Part shown: positions 1-12,215 of the stretch, piece after piece
How positions within the stretch are numbered: position 1 is the first letter of the stretch
Layout: the number at the start of each line of letters is the position of its first letter
DNA from: Tubulanus polymorphus
Lineage: Eukaryota; Animalia; Nemertea
Assembly (NCBI RefSeq): GCF_964204645.1
Contig: NC_134025.1
Location: 27,694,299 to 27,758,298 of the forward strand
Length of the DNA stretch: 64,000 nucleotides
Direction of reading: 5' to 3'
Notes under the pieces: model-generated
Told to the model about the DNA's origin: nothing
Database searches by the model: none
Seen by the model: only the letters and a program-made list of their open reading frames with translations
Translations under genes and position numbers: made by a program

Positions 1-1294
1 AAAACAAGAAAATTGAGAAAAATATGCTAAAAAGCTGTTTTTCAATTTTTCAGACATGATTTTCAAGGTAAACGTTTCGACATATATAAGAATGATATCA
101 TAGACTGATATACATATCCCTGAACAACAGTTTTCTGCGACAAACGCTTTGCAGAAAAAAATACATTAACAAGTATAAGCAACATTCTGAAAACAACGAG
201 AGACAATTCTTTTTCAATAACATTATTAACATGAGAAAATACTATTTTGAAATTTATGTACAAATTGATACGATATGTAAGGAATACCATTCTGAAATGT
301 TGATATACATAAACATTCACGGTTTCCATTGAGTTCCATCTATATTTCATGGCCGCGTATTGGTTTTTGAATTATTTTCGTATTTGTGAAAAGAACAATT
401 TTTCAAAACAGATCTATCGTCATGAGTTCGTGAATGAGAATAATTAGGAACGGTATCACACGGAATGCAACAATATAGAATAATCACACTTGTACATCTA
501 AGGAAATAGCAGGAGACAGTTTGATATTAGACATATTCATGTTTACATATTCCCTTTCTTAATTCAGTTGAACAGGTACGAGTAAATGGGAACCCGGTAT
601 AGATCCCCTAGAGTATACCTTATGTAGTATTTCTGTTTAAAAAATATGTCGACTGGATATTTTATATGGCATCATTTCATAGATCAACATTATTATATGC
701 CCGATATGGGGGTCCTATTCACGCGTTGTTGCAGTAATTGGCCACACATAAAAGGATTAGACAACACCGTTGGCGTCCAATTGCTGGTGAATAACAGCCT
801 AACAAAAATAGTTGCTTTACGAGTAGTTATGCACACAGTCAATCTGATTGTATTTTTATCATTTTTGGTGATGTGGATCAAATCAACGGTGGGGAACCAA
901 ATCCTCAAAATTTCGAGATTCAAGATTACAACATCCGAATGAATTTAACAGCTTAAATACACGCGCGGATTACACGCTTGATTATCCGCCATCTGAGAAA
1001 GATTCGTTTCATCTTAAAAAATCAAATTAATTTTCATAGCCAGGAGAATTATCATTATCTGTTCCACAAAACGTTGCGGATTTAAACAAGAAAAATTTAA
1101 TACTAAAATAACCCATTATTGAATGTAGAATTAAAGGCAATCTAAAAATAATCTGAATCGTCAGTCTTATTCGAATCCAGATAAGCCTCCTCTCAGCAAA
1201 TTCATAAACCTTATCTTTGCAACTGAATTTATCGCAGTTGCCTAAAACTTACAGATTATATGAATATATCCAATATTCAAAATAAACACACTGT

Positions 1295-2470
1295 TCATTC
1301 AAGATCCATATAGTCTATCGGTTCCTCCCTAATGTCATCATCAAAACAATCGTCGAGAGAGTCTGGATGAGGGGGAGTTCTATTCGGTTGAGGACATGAT
1401 GGTCGGTCTGGGAGATGTTGTTCCTCTTCGTGTATCAATGGAGGTAGATGGTGTCCAGCCGTCATTCGGCGGGTTAAAGGCACTAACTTATTTCCCGTAT
1501 TCACCATTCTCGTATTTCTCGTGTTTAGATTCATTCGATGTCGATTTGAATTTGATCCGTATTTTCGCGACATGGACGGTGACTGATCCGCGTCATTCGA
1601 ATTGTTCGTACCGAATTTTCGAGAAGTTGGCGGTGATTCGGCTGGGTCCATTGGGAACTTTCGTGAGAGACTCGGAGAATCAGTATTTTCGCCGAACCGT
1701 TTTCGAGAAAGAGACGGAGAGTCACAGTTTTCTAAATATCCAAGTTTGCGAGGGAATTTCGGCGATTCCTTTGCCTCAAATTTATGAGACATTTTTGGCG
1801 AGCTGCGAATACTAGCGGGAGGACTCGGAGTCCTCCGTTTCAAATCTTTGTTGTTTATCCGTGAAAGTTCAATGTCTTCATCAGATTCCGGAGAAGGTGC
1901 GGATAGATCGGCGTATCGTTTACCGTCGCCGAAATTCTTCTCTTCAGAATTAACACACGTAAACGGAACATCCAAACCTTTATCGCGAGGAGACTCGCCA
2001 ATACCGGGTAAAGGCTGCTTCCGACGCAATCTAAGATCTGTAGTCTCTCTTTGAAGACCTTGTCGATCTCTCAAAATCTGCATGAATTGTTCCACATCGC
2101 GACCGGGCTGCTTTTTAGCGCGTTTCCTCTCGTGTCTATTAGTTTGCTGCATATTGAAACGACTATTTTCCCGCATTATTCCCATGTTTAATAAACTTTC
2201 TTCGCGTTTTAGAGGCAAATGTATTCGACTACCCTCACGATTTAACGGACCCAAATTCAATTTACTATTTTCTCGATTGAGATACAAGCGGCTGTTCTCG
2301 CGATGTAAATATAATTTGCTTTTTTCTCGATTTAGCCATAGTCGACTATTTTCTCTGCCTATTCCACGCGGTGCATCCCCTGGATCCATACTCTGTGATT
2401 GGTAATGGCTATTGTCCCCGTACCCATTACTATAATCCGATCCTATTTGATTATCGCTCCTCCCAGGCAT
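1295..2470 (-). CDS. Uncharacterised intrinsically disordered protein (391 aa) with RExS and SPxxxRK repeats
   Basis: Long single-exon ORF, GC-richer than its flanks. It is preceded by a minus-strand splice acceptor at about 2608 (attttatttttag). No recognisable globular domain. Confidence 0.8.
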   Translation of the reverse strand: MPGRSDNQIGSDYSNGYGDNSHYQSQSMDPGDAPRGIGRENSRLWLNREKSKLYLHRENSRLYLNRENSKLNLGPLNREGSRIHLPLKREESLLNMGIMRENSRFNMQQTNRHERKRAKKQPGRDVEQFMQILRDRQGLQRETTDLRLRRKQPLPGIGESPRDKGLDVPFTCVNSEEKNFGDGKRYADLSAPSPESDEDIELSRINNKDLKRRTPSPPASIRSSPKMSHKFEAKESPKFPRKLGYLENCDSPSLSRKRFGENTDSPSLSRKFPMDPAESPPTSRKFGTNNSNDADQSPSMSRKYGSNSNRHRMNLNTRNTRMVNTGNKLVPLTRRMTAGHHLPPLIHEEEQHLPDRPSCPQPNRTPPHPDSLDDCFDDDIREEPIDYMDLE

Positions 2471-4374
2471 GGATACCTACAGTTCCTGGTCACACCCTCT
2501 CTGTCGTGACAACTGCACTGCTTTCATAGGTCGATTCTCTTTTTTCAATTTCCGCTCGTTGCTTCCCTGGAGACGGTCGTTGTGCAAACAACCAAGCTAG
2601 AATTCACCTAAAAATAAAATAGAACACTGCATCATAAATAAAACTAACAACCGACGCCACATTGGGAAATCAATTTTACCACATCTAAAAAAAGTATCAA
2701 AATCGTCAACACGCACGTATACATACATATACATATACTTCAAAAATATCAAACAGGAATAACTTTACGAATAATCTGTTCACAACTTGACGTAAAATAA
2801 GCTTTAAATGAAAATCTAGAATCAGATACAAAATAAGAAGTGATCTCAAATCGAAAATAGATCAAGGTTTTTAGAAAATTACCGCGACCAAAAATTACAC
2901 ACCAAACTATGTCATGTATTGTACGTTCGTGACGTTTTCTCATTAAGCGATGAAGTAAATGCTTTGACATTTGAGACGAATATTGAGCAAGTCACTTTGA
3001 GTTCTAATGTTTGTGTACGCACTTCCCAATATTTGCGCTGTTTAGGTAAATTAGCTGAGTAAACAAGTTGGCAGAGCTGGCTAAATGATAAACAGTTCCC
3101 AGATTACGCGACTTCACTGCTTCTGACATTTTCGCGCTGTATTGTTCGACTGAAGGCGAAAATATCGGATAGTTAGCACCACCACCGAAGTGCGATGACA
3201 CATGCCACAATTTAGACCACTATCACCTCTATCTCTTTAATTAGCAGTGTAATTTTCACTTCCAACCTGACCATTCACGATGTTATACGAACAAAATATA
3301 AGAATGACTTGTATATCCATTACACTAATAGAAAACTGAAATATTGAAGCCGTAGGCGAAAGAACGTCGTCGACCGATCTTGCTATGGTTACATTTCAAA
3401 ACCCCCGAGATATTTTACAGCTTTCACATTGACAATCCAAATAAAAATAATTCAAACGTATACGCATTCAGAAACTGAATCCTTGAAATATGAATATTGC
3501 GTCCAACGAATATATCGATCCTTTCAAAAACACATGAAAATGCCCTATTTGCGACCTGTGAAATGTGTATTTAACAGAATGTCAACAAAGGGACGATTTG
3601 CCCTTTTTTCAATGCAAACTATCAAATTACCAGTTTTTTTCTATACATCTTAAAAAATGACATTTTGAACTTGGTGAACAAAGTTCACAGGCAGAGTTTC
3701 TCAAGGGCGATAAATATCGAAAGGTTTTCCGAGAATTGTTTGCGTGAATAAATGTACTATGATAAACTACAAATTAGTTATGCTTATTCAATACGGCTGT
3801 GGAGTTTAGTTTATTACGTTATAACTGGAAATGAAATTATTCGCAGTAAGAATGATGACTTTCTACTTTCGGTTCCCATAGACTAGAAAAGAAGAATGGA
3901 AAGAAGACCCAGATATGAATGAACACGGGAATGTATATCAGATGGGTAATTTGGCAGTTTTAATAGCCGCCCATTGCTCGAACATTATCCTTTCTTGAAC
4001 TCTTTTTTCTTTGAAAGAATTTTCACTGACAAGCTTCAAAAACCTTTTTACGTCGATTCAGTTGACATAATAAACTACGTTTTAATACACGGCTGCGTGC
4101 ATGCGCAGTGGTTTCCACAAAAGAGTTATTCGGATAATTATTCAGGAGCCACAATACTTGCTTTTACTATCATGACGACTCGAATTGTGTGTTCGAATGA
4201 ATGTTTTGACTTTGAATTTATAAGCAACAACCTTTAGTCCGTGCGAAGCAGACCGGTCTTAAATCATCAAATACCTTTTATACGTGTCAAGCTGATTTTT
4301 TTCGCACCGTTTTGCACATTTCCAACACGCAAATTCGTGACAAATATTATTGTACAGACAGTAATGTTCAGGAC

Positions 4375-4645
4375 CAGGCCCGTGCCGAGTGGGGGTTTGG
4401 GAACCCCCTAACATTTTCAAAGTGCCCTTCAAAGTCAATTTTTCGAAATTTGAATACAATTTTCATCTTTTTTATCATTTTGGGAAATGAAAAGCAATCC
4501 ATTCTCAAATTATCTATCCAGGTACCCGGGCACTTCATATTTAAGGTCTGTCCTTTTTCTATAGGGAAATGCCCGTTTTCACGTCGAAAAAGTGCCATAT
4601 TTCTTGAAATAGAACTGCCCCTCGGCAAAGCTCGGCACGGGCCCG
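4375..4645. mobile_element. MITE, 271 bp, 15-bp TIRs, 5-bp target-site duplication
   Basis: Left end caggcccgtgccgag (4375-4389) and right end ctcggcacgggcccg (4631-4645), one mismatch. AGGAC flanks both ends (4370-4374, 4646-4650). Confidence 0.85.
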
Positions 4646-7600
4646 AGGACAGCGAAATAACCTGAGAAATCACATAACGCGTATCGACTCAGAAAAGTAT
4701 ATTAAATCATTGACCAAATCGAATATCAACTGGTTCAGCTGAAAAACATTCGGCCCATATCAATTCACGACTTTGTTTATAAATTGATTGTAAAAACCAA
4801 CATCTCTGATCGATATCAATAACTCTGTAGCTACTGCATAGATAAATAGTAGAACATACCTGTATATATTTACCAAAATCAAACGAACACGTCCACGTAT
4901 ACCATAAATATGAGTGAATCCATTTCTTTTTATCCGTATTTGAATCCAATTTATTGAACAATACGTTGAATTCGCCATATTTTTGTATCATAACGGTATT
5001 TTTAGACGGAATTTTCTGACTCTTTGGAAGTAAACACTAAAATATACTCCTGCGCTATTGATAATATTTGGAGTTCAACTGTCTATCATTTTACCGAGAA
5101 GTGACGGCCAGGAATATTTGTTGATTAATACGAAACCTGTTCATTAGATTAGAGACTCACTGGAAATCTATTTCAGTATTTACTCATACTTATTTACACC
5201 AGTAGCGTGTTGTCCATTTACCTAATACGATCTCAATTACCACTACAATACATCAAAGTGATAGAACATCACAAGTCAATAATCAAACGGAAATCTTATT
5301 TACAGAAATGATAGCAAATTTGACTTTTGATCTAATAGAAAGATGAGCTCTAGGTTGTTCTTTTGAAATAAGATACGATAAAAGTTTTAATCGAAATGGT
5401 GTTGTTCAATATGTGATAGCCCAGCCTACGCGGCCACCATGAATAAGTTTAGGCCACTTTCAGTTACTTAACAGTGATGGAGCGTAGTTTGAAGAGGTTG
5501 ATCAATTTTATTTCTATGGTTCCAGACGGTATTTGTTATAAACAATGATTAGTTATATCATTTTCATAGCTGTGACGTCATACGCAGACGTTTTATAGCG
5601 TTTTATTGACAGGTTGATGAGTTATGGGTAATTCATATTCCAAGGAGCACTCTCGCGTATTTTCAACACGTCTGGGTGAAGTTTATTGCCTTGTATTTCA
5701 TATAATATTTTTCTCATGGGATTTGTCTCCAGGCTTGAAGCCATAAAGTATGCATTTACCTTATCGTACCAAAACTAAAACCTGTATTTTTTCGACTCAA
5801 CTCATTCCATATCCCCCTCAAAAAAAAACAATTGTGTCGATCAATTTGAATACTTTGCAGCCCATGTTCAGGCCCTGCTTTGATCGACATCATTTCGAAA
5901 GCTATATACTTGACTAGTTTACATTTTTCATACGTTTCACGTCGATACTGAAATATTCATGTTCACCCTCTCACCACTGAACAAATACTAATTACCTCAT
6001 AAAATACGTGAATTGATGGTATTGAAGCTTCGATGAAATTGAAACCGAATCAGAGAAGCAGTTTTTAGGTAAGGCTTGTGACTCACATTATTGCAAATGA
6101 TCATAATGACATGATTTTAGTTCACTTATTTTCAATCATATTTTCAAAGAATATTTCATTGGCTGTTCCTCCGATGGATAATATATATCATTAGTTTCCT
6201 AATTGGTTATACCTAATAATTGGATCTGGTTCTAGTATATAGCACAGGTCGAAACAACCCGTATTTTTGACACGTCTGTAAATAACGTCAACAACATTAA
6301 TCTAGCAACCAAAAATTCGTTACAAAAATTCTAATTTATTTTCTATTCTGTGGTGATTGTTATTCATTGATTATCCACCTACGCCAATTTGCTGCAGGTC
6401 GATATTGAATCTAATCCTTCTTTTCTATCGATACGTTCTAACCTTATTTATAGCAACCGTAGTTGGTTTGGAAAAAGCTGTCAAGAGATTAAGCCACATA
6501 TCGACTGAAGGTCGCTCTGGGTGCAGATTTATTGATGGATTAATCGTGTTTTTTTAAAGCAAAGCAACAGAACTAGAACACCATGATTCCCATGATTTTG
6601 CCACAAAGAAACGTGTACACATATGTATGATATATTTTGAAGCATAGCCTGCAATGCGCATGATCCGTTTGTAATTATGAATTATTAATGTTCTTTCGAA
6701 AAATATCGACCGTAAAAAACAAGAAATATTACAACATCAGATTCAAAAGTTTCACATTTCCCACACGGGTTGTCAGTATTTTTCATGTTTATATTGGAAA
6801 CGACGAATATTATATCGAAAGATACGGAATCACATCAACATTCTATGCAGACGATGTTAGTCTGGTGTAACGCATTAAGCAGATGCGGACTGGGACCTAG
6901 GCAATATCGGTTGACAACGTCAGGCTTGATGATGAACAAACCTACTAAAACCCTAGCATTGTGTTTTAATCATACAAAATTACAATATCTCGTTATGAAA
7001 TTAGTGATATATCATAGGGGCCATATCATATACTAATGCCATAAAATGCTTTATTTTTACGAGTACTACTTACTTTCCGTTACCAATGACGAGCTGTTGT
7101 GTTGGAAATAGCGGCGGCGTCCATAAAGCAGCAACGCAAACACGAATCTCGTACTCGAGCAAGTCTCGCTGCCTACACGTCTCCGATCTATATCAACGAT
7201 TTTCAGTACCGGCGCTCGTCGCTACAATGGAATCCATTAAAGACCCTCTGGGTCTGATTTCTTTATTTAATTTTTGGCTTTAAGAAGACGACCCACTTTC
7301 ATTTAAACTCGCTAGCTGTCACTGATATATTGAATTCTTCGGGCCGTTTGTGACAGCTATTCATATACACCAGGTTTAAAAAACAGCCTAGCGCTACTTT
7401 CCTTACAAACAACCATGTACATAGAGCCAAACGCTTTCATTCTCACACTTTCTCCAATTTCTATTTATTTCTTGTGCCTATAATCAGGTGTCTGCATTTT
7501 ACATAGTTGAGAAGTTTAGAAATATACGCATGTACACTTTCTCCAAGAGCTCTAACAGGAAAAACATAGGGATGTAACGTATGCATCTCTTTTTTCATGA

Positions 7601-8897
7601 ACTTTTGAATCAATGTATAAGAATGCGTAATGTACGTAAATATGTTTGATAGATTTTGTTCTCGGTTTCATGAGGAATTCGGAATAAATAAACAAGATAA
7701 ATATAAACGTTTCTCACAATCAATAACATAGAAGAAACAGGCTTCACGACAAAAGAGTCGCTTTTAAGTAAACATATCCAGAGTAGTCGATGACACGTTT
7801 TTTCAGCTCGGTAATTTATGCGTTAATTAAATTTCCATTAAACCTCGAGACGAACTCGAATTAACGGGCGCTCTCCTGAGAATCGAGAATTTTCTCATGA
7901 GTGTTATACAAATGCATATTTCTTTTAAATCGCTATTTTGAATAAAACAAAAATATGCGGGATCATTCCGAAGTGTTCTTGTCACGAAATATTGGAATTT
8001 CGAAATATGAGAAAAACTTTACCCGAGTTGCCACCAAATATGGCAATCATTAGCAAGAAATCAAGAGTTACGTACAGGAAATCTTTTAGCGATTTCTAGA
8101 GCCTAATTTAAGAATCGTCATAATTTCTTTCTAACCAGACGAATTATTCTTTATTTTATGAAATGATTATAATTGACCCACACAAAAATGCACTTCATAT
8201 TTATCGGTCTAGCAGAGTACTTGATTCGAGAAAGCCTATCTATGTCTGACTACTTCTGGACGGCGATAGTGATTGAAAGGTCATTTCAAGGTGATATATT
8301 TATCATTTAAAGGAAATAACAGTTATTGAAAGATAAAATGAAATATCTATTCGTTCTTCACCTAATTCAAAGTGCTTTTCGATAAACTTTATACAACGAC
8401 TCATATTGGAAATAATACACAAGAACATCCTTGCGAGAAGTTACTTAAATCTAACTATTAAGAGCCGTCTTCAAATTAGGTACAACCTGTATTGGTAGAA
8501 ACACGGATTTATGACAATATCTTAAAATCACTTTGCACCTTCTATCAAAAGGGCTTCTATCCAGAAAATGTGCGAAAATATAATAAGTCGGTTTGTAGAA
8601 TATAGGGTCACAATAAGTCAGAGAACTGTTGTTACAAACAATTATACAAGATAATTTTTTAGATCAAAGTTCAATGATTATGCTTATTTGTACCGGATAT
8701 TTTTCCAGAATTTTTACTGCGCCAGACTATATTCTAAATTGGCAGACGACCACATAATCTTTCATTTCATTAGCATCTGTCGGATAAGGTAGGATATCCG
8801 TGAACGGGAAACTAAACTTCTCCAGTTTAGTTCAATTACTGGTAATAGTAATCAAAGCGATAAGGTTTGATGAGTTTTGATGATATTTCAGTGCGAA

Positions 8898-9722
8898 ATG
8901 AAGTTTTTGCTCGGTTTTCTTATGCTGGTCGGTGTGCAAGGATGGATGTTTCAGACGAATGATGAACAACAAGCCGTCAAACGTAAGATATCTAGTATAC
9001 ACCTTTTTTGAAATATTCAAAATTCACGGGAAAATGATTTTCTAAAATTACGATTCCCTACTATTAATTTTCAGCTGTTGATGATTCTTGTCTAGCGAAA
9101 GCTGACGCTCTAAACTGCGATTTTTGGGATTGTTTTGAAGAGCGACACCCATGCAGTGGATTTATCATCAATAGGGCCAAGTCGAATTGTCTTACAGTCG
9201 ATCGAAACCGACCACGATTCGACGACAGGGTAAAGGACATCTCGATGCAATAAATCACATGCTGTGCTCCTATTATTACACAGTTTTTCTTAATATTATA
9301 GGGGAAGGAATTCTTGGTGTCAAGTCGTCGGTGTCTAATGCAGTCATTCAAAGGATTATATCTAGCAGATCATTTGAGCTGTAGTAATTTATCTAGTTAC
9401 GGTTACAAACGAATCGGCGATTGCTCGTTAGAAGCGACTCCCAGTATCTGTGACGTGTACTGGCCAAATAAAGACCATTTCACACAAGGATTCGATTTTA
9501 ATCTGACGTAAGTTGATTTCAAATTGTTCATTAGCAAATCTGGGATCTGGGATCTACATCATGTTCAAAATTGAGTTTATCTTTTCCTTCATTGTAATAT
9601 CTATATATCGTTTGTCATATTCCAGTGTACTGAGACATATTGCTAAGATGTTTATGAAGTGTGGCCGATCCGCCGCAGCACGAGCGATTCAACATTTCAC
9701 ATCAAAAGTTGGTTTGTCGTAA
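8898..9722 (+). CDS. Secreted cysteine-rich stanniocalcin-like protein, paralog 1 (about 180 aa, 4 exons)
   Basis: Exons 8898-8982, 9075-9229, 9302-9507 and 9626-9722 have GT-AG introns and consistent phases. Signal peptide MKFLLGFLMLVGVQG; motif CDFWDCFEERHPC; AATAAA at 9721. The family assignment rests on the Cys pattern only. Confidence 0.8.
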
Positions 9723-10067
9723 TAAATCAAACAAATTTTTTTTCTGCGTCTGTAAAATTTTTAATATTGTCTCACTACTCGTGATAAAGAAATATATTCT
9801 AGTAATAACAAATACGGTAATTCGTTCAGCGTTAGATGTAAGGCAAACAACTTCCTTTTCCAAGAACTGCGGAGTGATAAGTATCACATCTTTATCTGTG
9901 CCAAAAACAGAACGAGAGCGCGGTCAAAAGGTTTCGTAAACAACTGAAAAACCAATACGAAGTGCGCAATAAATGACCTTTATCGCAGGCTATTGTTATC
10001 GGAAGGAACTTCATTTCAGTTCGTGATTTTGATATACGAACTGATATAATCTCGATCGAGCATCGAT

Positions 10068-10895
10068 ATGTCGCATTTTGGAGTTTTATTTTTGTGTTTT
10101 ATTTCGGTGGTTTTTGTCACAACCGTGAATGGGACGCCACGGTTGATGCCACATACCCGTAAGTATAATCACCTATACTTTGCTTACGATGTCATTAATA
10201 TGAATTCTAGTATAAGTATCGAGATCCAGGTTCATAATTTTCTTTCAGCCCTCAACCAAACATGCGTGCAATTAGGTGCAAACTACAAATGCGAGTTTTG
10301 GGACTGCTTAGAAAGACGATTTCCATGTCATCAATTCGTTTTCAAACGTGCAATGGGCGATTGTAAGATGTTCGATCTTAAACGATTCATGTTTAATGAA
10401 GGGGTACGTGTGTTGTTTAAATCGACGTTAATCTCGAGATAAATGATGGAAGCCATGGCGCAAAATAAATGGGGCGCTGATTTTTTTCATTTTCAGGGAA
10501 AGCAATTTCTGGATGCGAGTCGTAAATGTTTAATGGATCAGTTTCATGAGATCTACCGGCGAAGTGACGTCAGTTGTGATGAAGTTTCTGAATTTGGGTA
10601 CAACACAATCAGTCACTGTTCGTTGGTATCGAGGCCGAACATCTGTCAGGTTTTCTGGCCGAACAGACATCATTTCACCCAAGGATTTCAAGTAGATTTC
10701 CAGTGAGTTGATCAATATTGACCGTGCTTCTGTTAACTGAATAAATATTGAAACAAACATGATAGTCAGCACGTATTTTGAAATTGCAGGGAAATGCAAA
10801 GGATTATGAGAGTTTTTATGAAATGTGGAAGTGTGACCTCTTTACAGGCTATCGGCCATCTGATGTCAACACTTGGTTCCAGCGTCAGATCTTAG
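10068..10895 (+). CDS. Secreted cysteine-rich stanniocalcin-like protein, paralog 2 (about 185 aa, 4 exons)
   Basis: Exons 10068-10158, 10249-10403, 10497-10702 and 10790-10895. The internal exon sizes (155 and 206 nt) are identical to paralog 1. Signal peptide MSHFGVLFLCFISVVFVTTVNG; motif CEFWDCLERRFPC; AATAAA at about 10902. Confidence 0.82.
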
Positions 10896-11009
10896 TTATG
10901 AAATAAATAAAGAGTACTTCAATAAATTTGCACTTTTTTCAAAAACCTCGACCTTGAAAGACTTCTTTTCTCCAGGCTTGCCACGTCGTCATTTTAAATA
11001 ATACAGATA

Positions 11010-11145
11010 AGATTTCTTAGATAGACTGGATCTAAGATTTCGATCAGTCAGTCGGCATCATCGATTTGTGAATCATGGAATTACGATTACCTCTGCTGCT
11101 GTTACTTTCCTTTGGAAGAAGTACGAAATTATTCTTATCGATACA
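11010..11145 (+). pseudogene. Duplicated fragment of a GFM2 intron and coding exon 2, with an internal deletion
   Basis: agatttcgatcagtcagtcggcatcatcgatttgtgaatcat matches the intron at about 15430-15472. It is directly joined to ggaattacgattacctctgc...gataca, which matches 15555-15623 ([13 protein letters not shown]). Confidence 0.85.
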
Positions 11146-11805
11146 ATATCATAGAGCAATTCTCAGCGGATATATGTCATATGTCACACAGTTTACCCAC
11201 TAGGCGAATAAGGATCGGCGTAATACATGGCAGACTGTGTTCAGGTGTTCAAAAGTTGGTTAGAGTTAACCAGTGCGGAGCCCGGGTCTATCTGCTAATC
11301 CGACCAAAGGTTTTGCAACGTTAATCAGTGCGGGTTCGATTCAATATAATATGATCAAATCTAAGTCAGCAGTCTCTGTGAAAGTTTGGAGCACGTGGTA
11401 AGGCCAGATTTTAATATATTGTGGAGAATTTTGTTGCTGTGATCGATAGATTCATCTAAAGAGAAGATCTGTACTGTAAATCTGTAATTATATCGTTGCT
11501 TAGACTCATTATAATCAGACGATTCGACTTTCCAGATGAAATCACGCACGAGCGAGTCAATTAAATAATGACAAATTGTCACCAATCTCTTCATTTCTAC
11601 TGGGAGGACTATCAGCTGTAGCCGTTTTCTTCGGCCTTGAAGGTTACTTGAAACAAAACTGCCAACGGGCCCAGTGTAAGTGCTGTCAGTCAGTCGTATT
11701 GGTTTTGCCGTTGATATAATCGAAGTAAAAGCTTGTCCTCGGCAGACCAGTTGGTGGGATTATTTTTTGGGTTGAAAAAGAGAAGTAGATTGCAAGAATA
11801 AAACA

Positions 11806-12187
11806 CAGGGCTTGGTTTCATAATAGTGGAAGAGAAGTAATACCTGGGAATATTTTGAAATTTGTCATTTATAACCATGGTTTCTCATTGTTACTATGGT
11901 GGTTTTCACCCAGATTGAGGATTTGGGATAACTTTGATACTCAGTCTGTGAAACTGGGCTCAGGAGTTTCATAAAAAGGTTTAACTCTTAAATCGATTTA
12001 ATTTCTTCATTAATTCAGTTTATCTTAAAACAATTTAGGCCTCGAGCAATCCAGGGTGCAGTTTCACGAAAAAGTTTAAGGCTTAAACGGTTAAGTCTGA
12101 ATTGTTGTCCTCATTGAAGAAATGAAGTAACCAATGGTAATTACACCAAGAATTTGAGTGTAACTTTTTTGTGAAACTGGGCCCAGG
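11806..12187. mobile_element. Cluster of short MITE-like elements with GGGCCCAGTTTCAC-type TIRs
   Basis: Best copy is 12051-12187: ccagggtgcagtttcacgaaaaag ... cttttttgtgaaactgggcccagg. A more degenerate copy lies at about 11806-11964 and ends gtgaaactgggctcagg. Confidence 0.65.
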
Positions 12188-12215
12188 ATTTGCTAAAAAT
12201 ATTAAACTTAACTAA

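Noticed and set aside
1-420. Possible DNA-transposon-derived sequence at the window start
   Set aside because: The texture is suggestive, but no TIR pair or second copy could be shown within the window.
1396-2405. Several plus-strand ORFs opposite the 391-aa gene
   Set aside because: These are antisense shadows of a real CDS with no independent features.
4259-4673. Overlapping ORFs of 66-117 aa
   Set aside because: They coincide with the MITE and have no protein-like signature.
10068-10706. ORF-track proteins of 124 aa and 87 aa treated as separate genes
   Set aside because: They are read-throughs of exons and introns belonging to one spliced gene (10068-10895).
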